Positions 63,072 through 64,000 of a stretch of 64,000 bases of DNA are shown here, in pieces. The translations under genes were made by a program, and so were the position numbers. Every line of letters starts with the position of its first letter. Position 1 is the stretch's first letter. Location of the stretch: the NCBI GenBank assembly GCA_951406725.2, contig OX597833.1:47802001-47866000 (forward strand). Reading direction: 5' to 3'. The notes beneath the pieces were generated by a model, which worked only from the letters and a program-made list of their open reading frames with translations, was not told the origin of the DNA and searched no databases. The DNA is from Octopus vulgaris. Its lineage: Eukaryota.

Positions 63072-64000
63072 CTATCTTTGGTTTTAGGTACATATGATTG
63101 TGGGATTGCTAAAGAAACCAAAACAATCCGGAAATAAACCAAAAGAGCACAAGATATCGACATATACATATACAAGACAATGTTTATATACGTATAAATG
63201 TTTATATATAAAAAGGGAGTGTAAACCGAATAGGGAGTGTGTGCGCGCGTATATATATTCTTTTAATTTTTTCAATTAGAGCAAAATCGACGTGAAAATG
63301 AAATAAAAATTATTAAATCACAATTTCACGCAGCGAAAATAAGCGAAAACGTGGAAGCACATCTTTTTATGGGTTGAATTAATTTTTTGCTGTTCATTTT
63401 TTTTTCTTTCACGTAGAATTTGCTTTTTGTCATTCTTCGAATCCAAATAAAAACGAAATACTATTGTTTATTAACCCGAAGTTTCCCATCAGCTGCCAAA
63501 CGAAATGTTACACACTGCAGTTTGCTTAAAGTACAAAAGGACCCCCGTATTCAACCCCCGTTTTACCCCAGTTTCCAATTTAATTTGCAAGACTTAACTC
63601 AACCTTCGGCTATCATGAGAGAACAAAAAAATTGTCGAATGTAGTATGATCGAACCCGAATTTTCCAAGGCTGGGTGGTGAACCTCTTAATCATTGGGGT
63701 ATATTTCTCGTCCATGTATCACTAATACTGTAGATACTTTGCTTAAATGATTTTGCTCAATAAAATTGCTGGTAATTAGGTTTATATTTATTTCCTTTTG
63801 GTTAAATTTTCGTAAATTATGGTCTCCCATGGAGGACAGACACCGGTTGCAGAATATTGTTCTATATAATAATAATAAATAGCATAATGATGTTTGTTTA
63901 ACTTTAAGTCTAGTCCTTGATAGAGGAGACGTGTACATTTTATAATATATCATTGCTTTTTAGCTCTTTAGTTAATATGGATAGAATAGACATGTAATTT

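Overview
AT-rich, repeat-dense eukaryotic (animal) genomic DNA. The SINE, RTE and microsatellite landscape suggests an octopus/coleoid cephalopod; this is an inference from repeat recognition. Bases 1308-41193 hold the 5' part of a trithorax/KMT2A (MLL1)-family H3K4 methyltransferase gene on the minus strand. I reconstructed 19 coding exons by hand with consistent splice phases (6909 nt, 2303 codons). They encode, in order: menin-binding motif, LEDGF-binding FxGF motif, AT-hook, SNL-like motif, a nuclear-receptor-type C4 zinc finger, a CXXC domain, PHD1-3, an atypical bromodomain split by a ~650-aa Ser/Thr-rich insert, and the start of the extended PHD. The gene runs off the left edge, so the FYRN/FYRC/SET exons are not in the window. 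The upstream 23 kb has a probable bidirectional promoter but no other convincing host gene. It carries a decayed RTE LINE whose reverse transcriptase contains a PHD-finger insert, tRNA-derived SINEs, several MITE families, a non-autonomous Helitron, palindromes and local duplications. The most notable observations are four minimal hammerhead-ribozyme cores at three Penelope/retrozyme-like loci, the PHD finger inside the RT, a double-hairpin array in the RTE 3' UTR, the combined NR zinc finger + CXXC architecture, and an ambiguous GC-AG/GT-AG junction at intron 2. Most short ORFs in the supplied track are spurious (repeat-derived or antisense).
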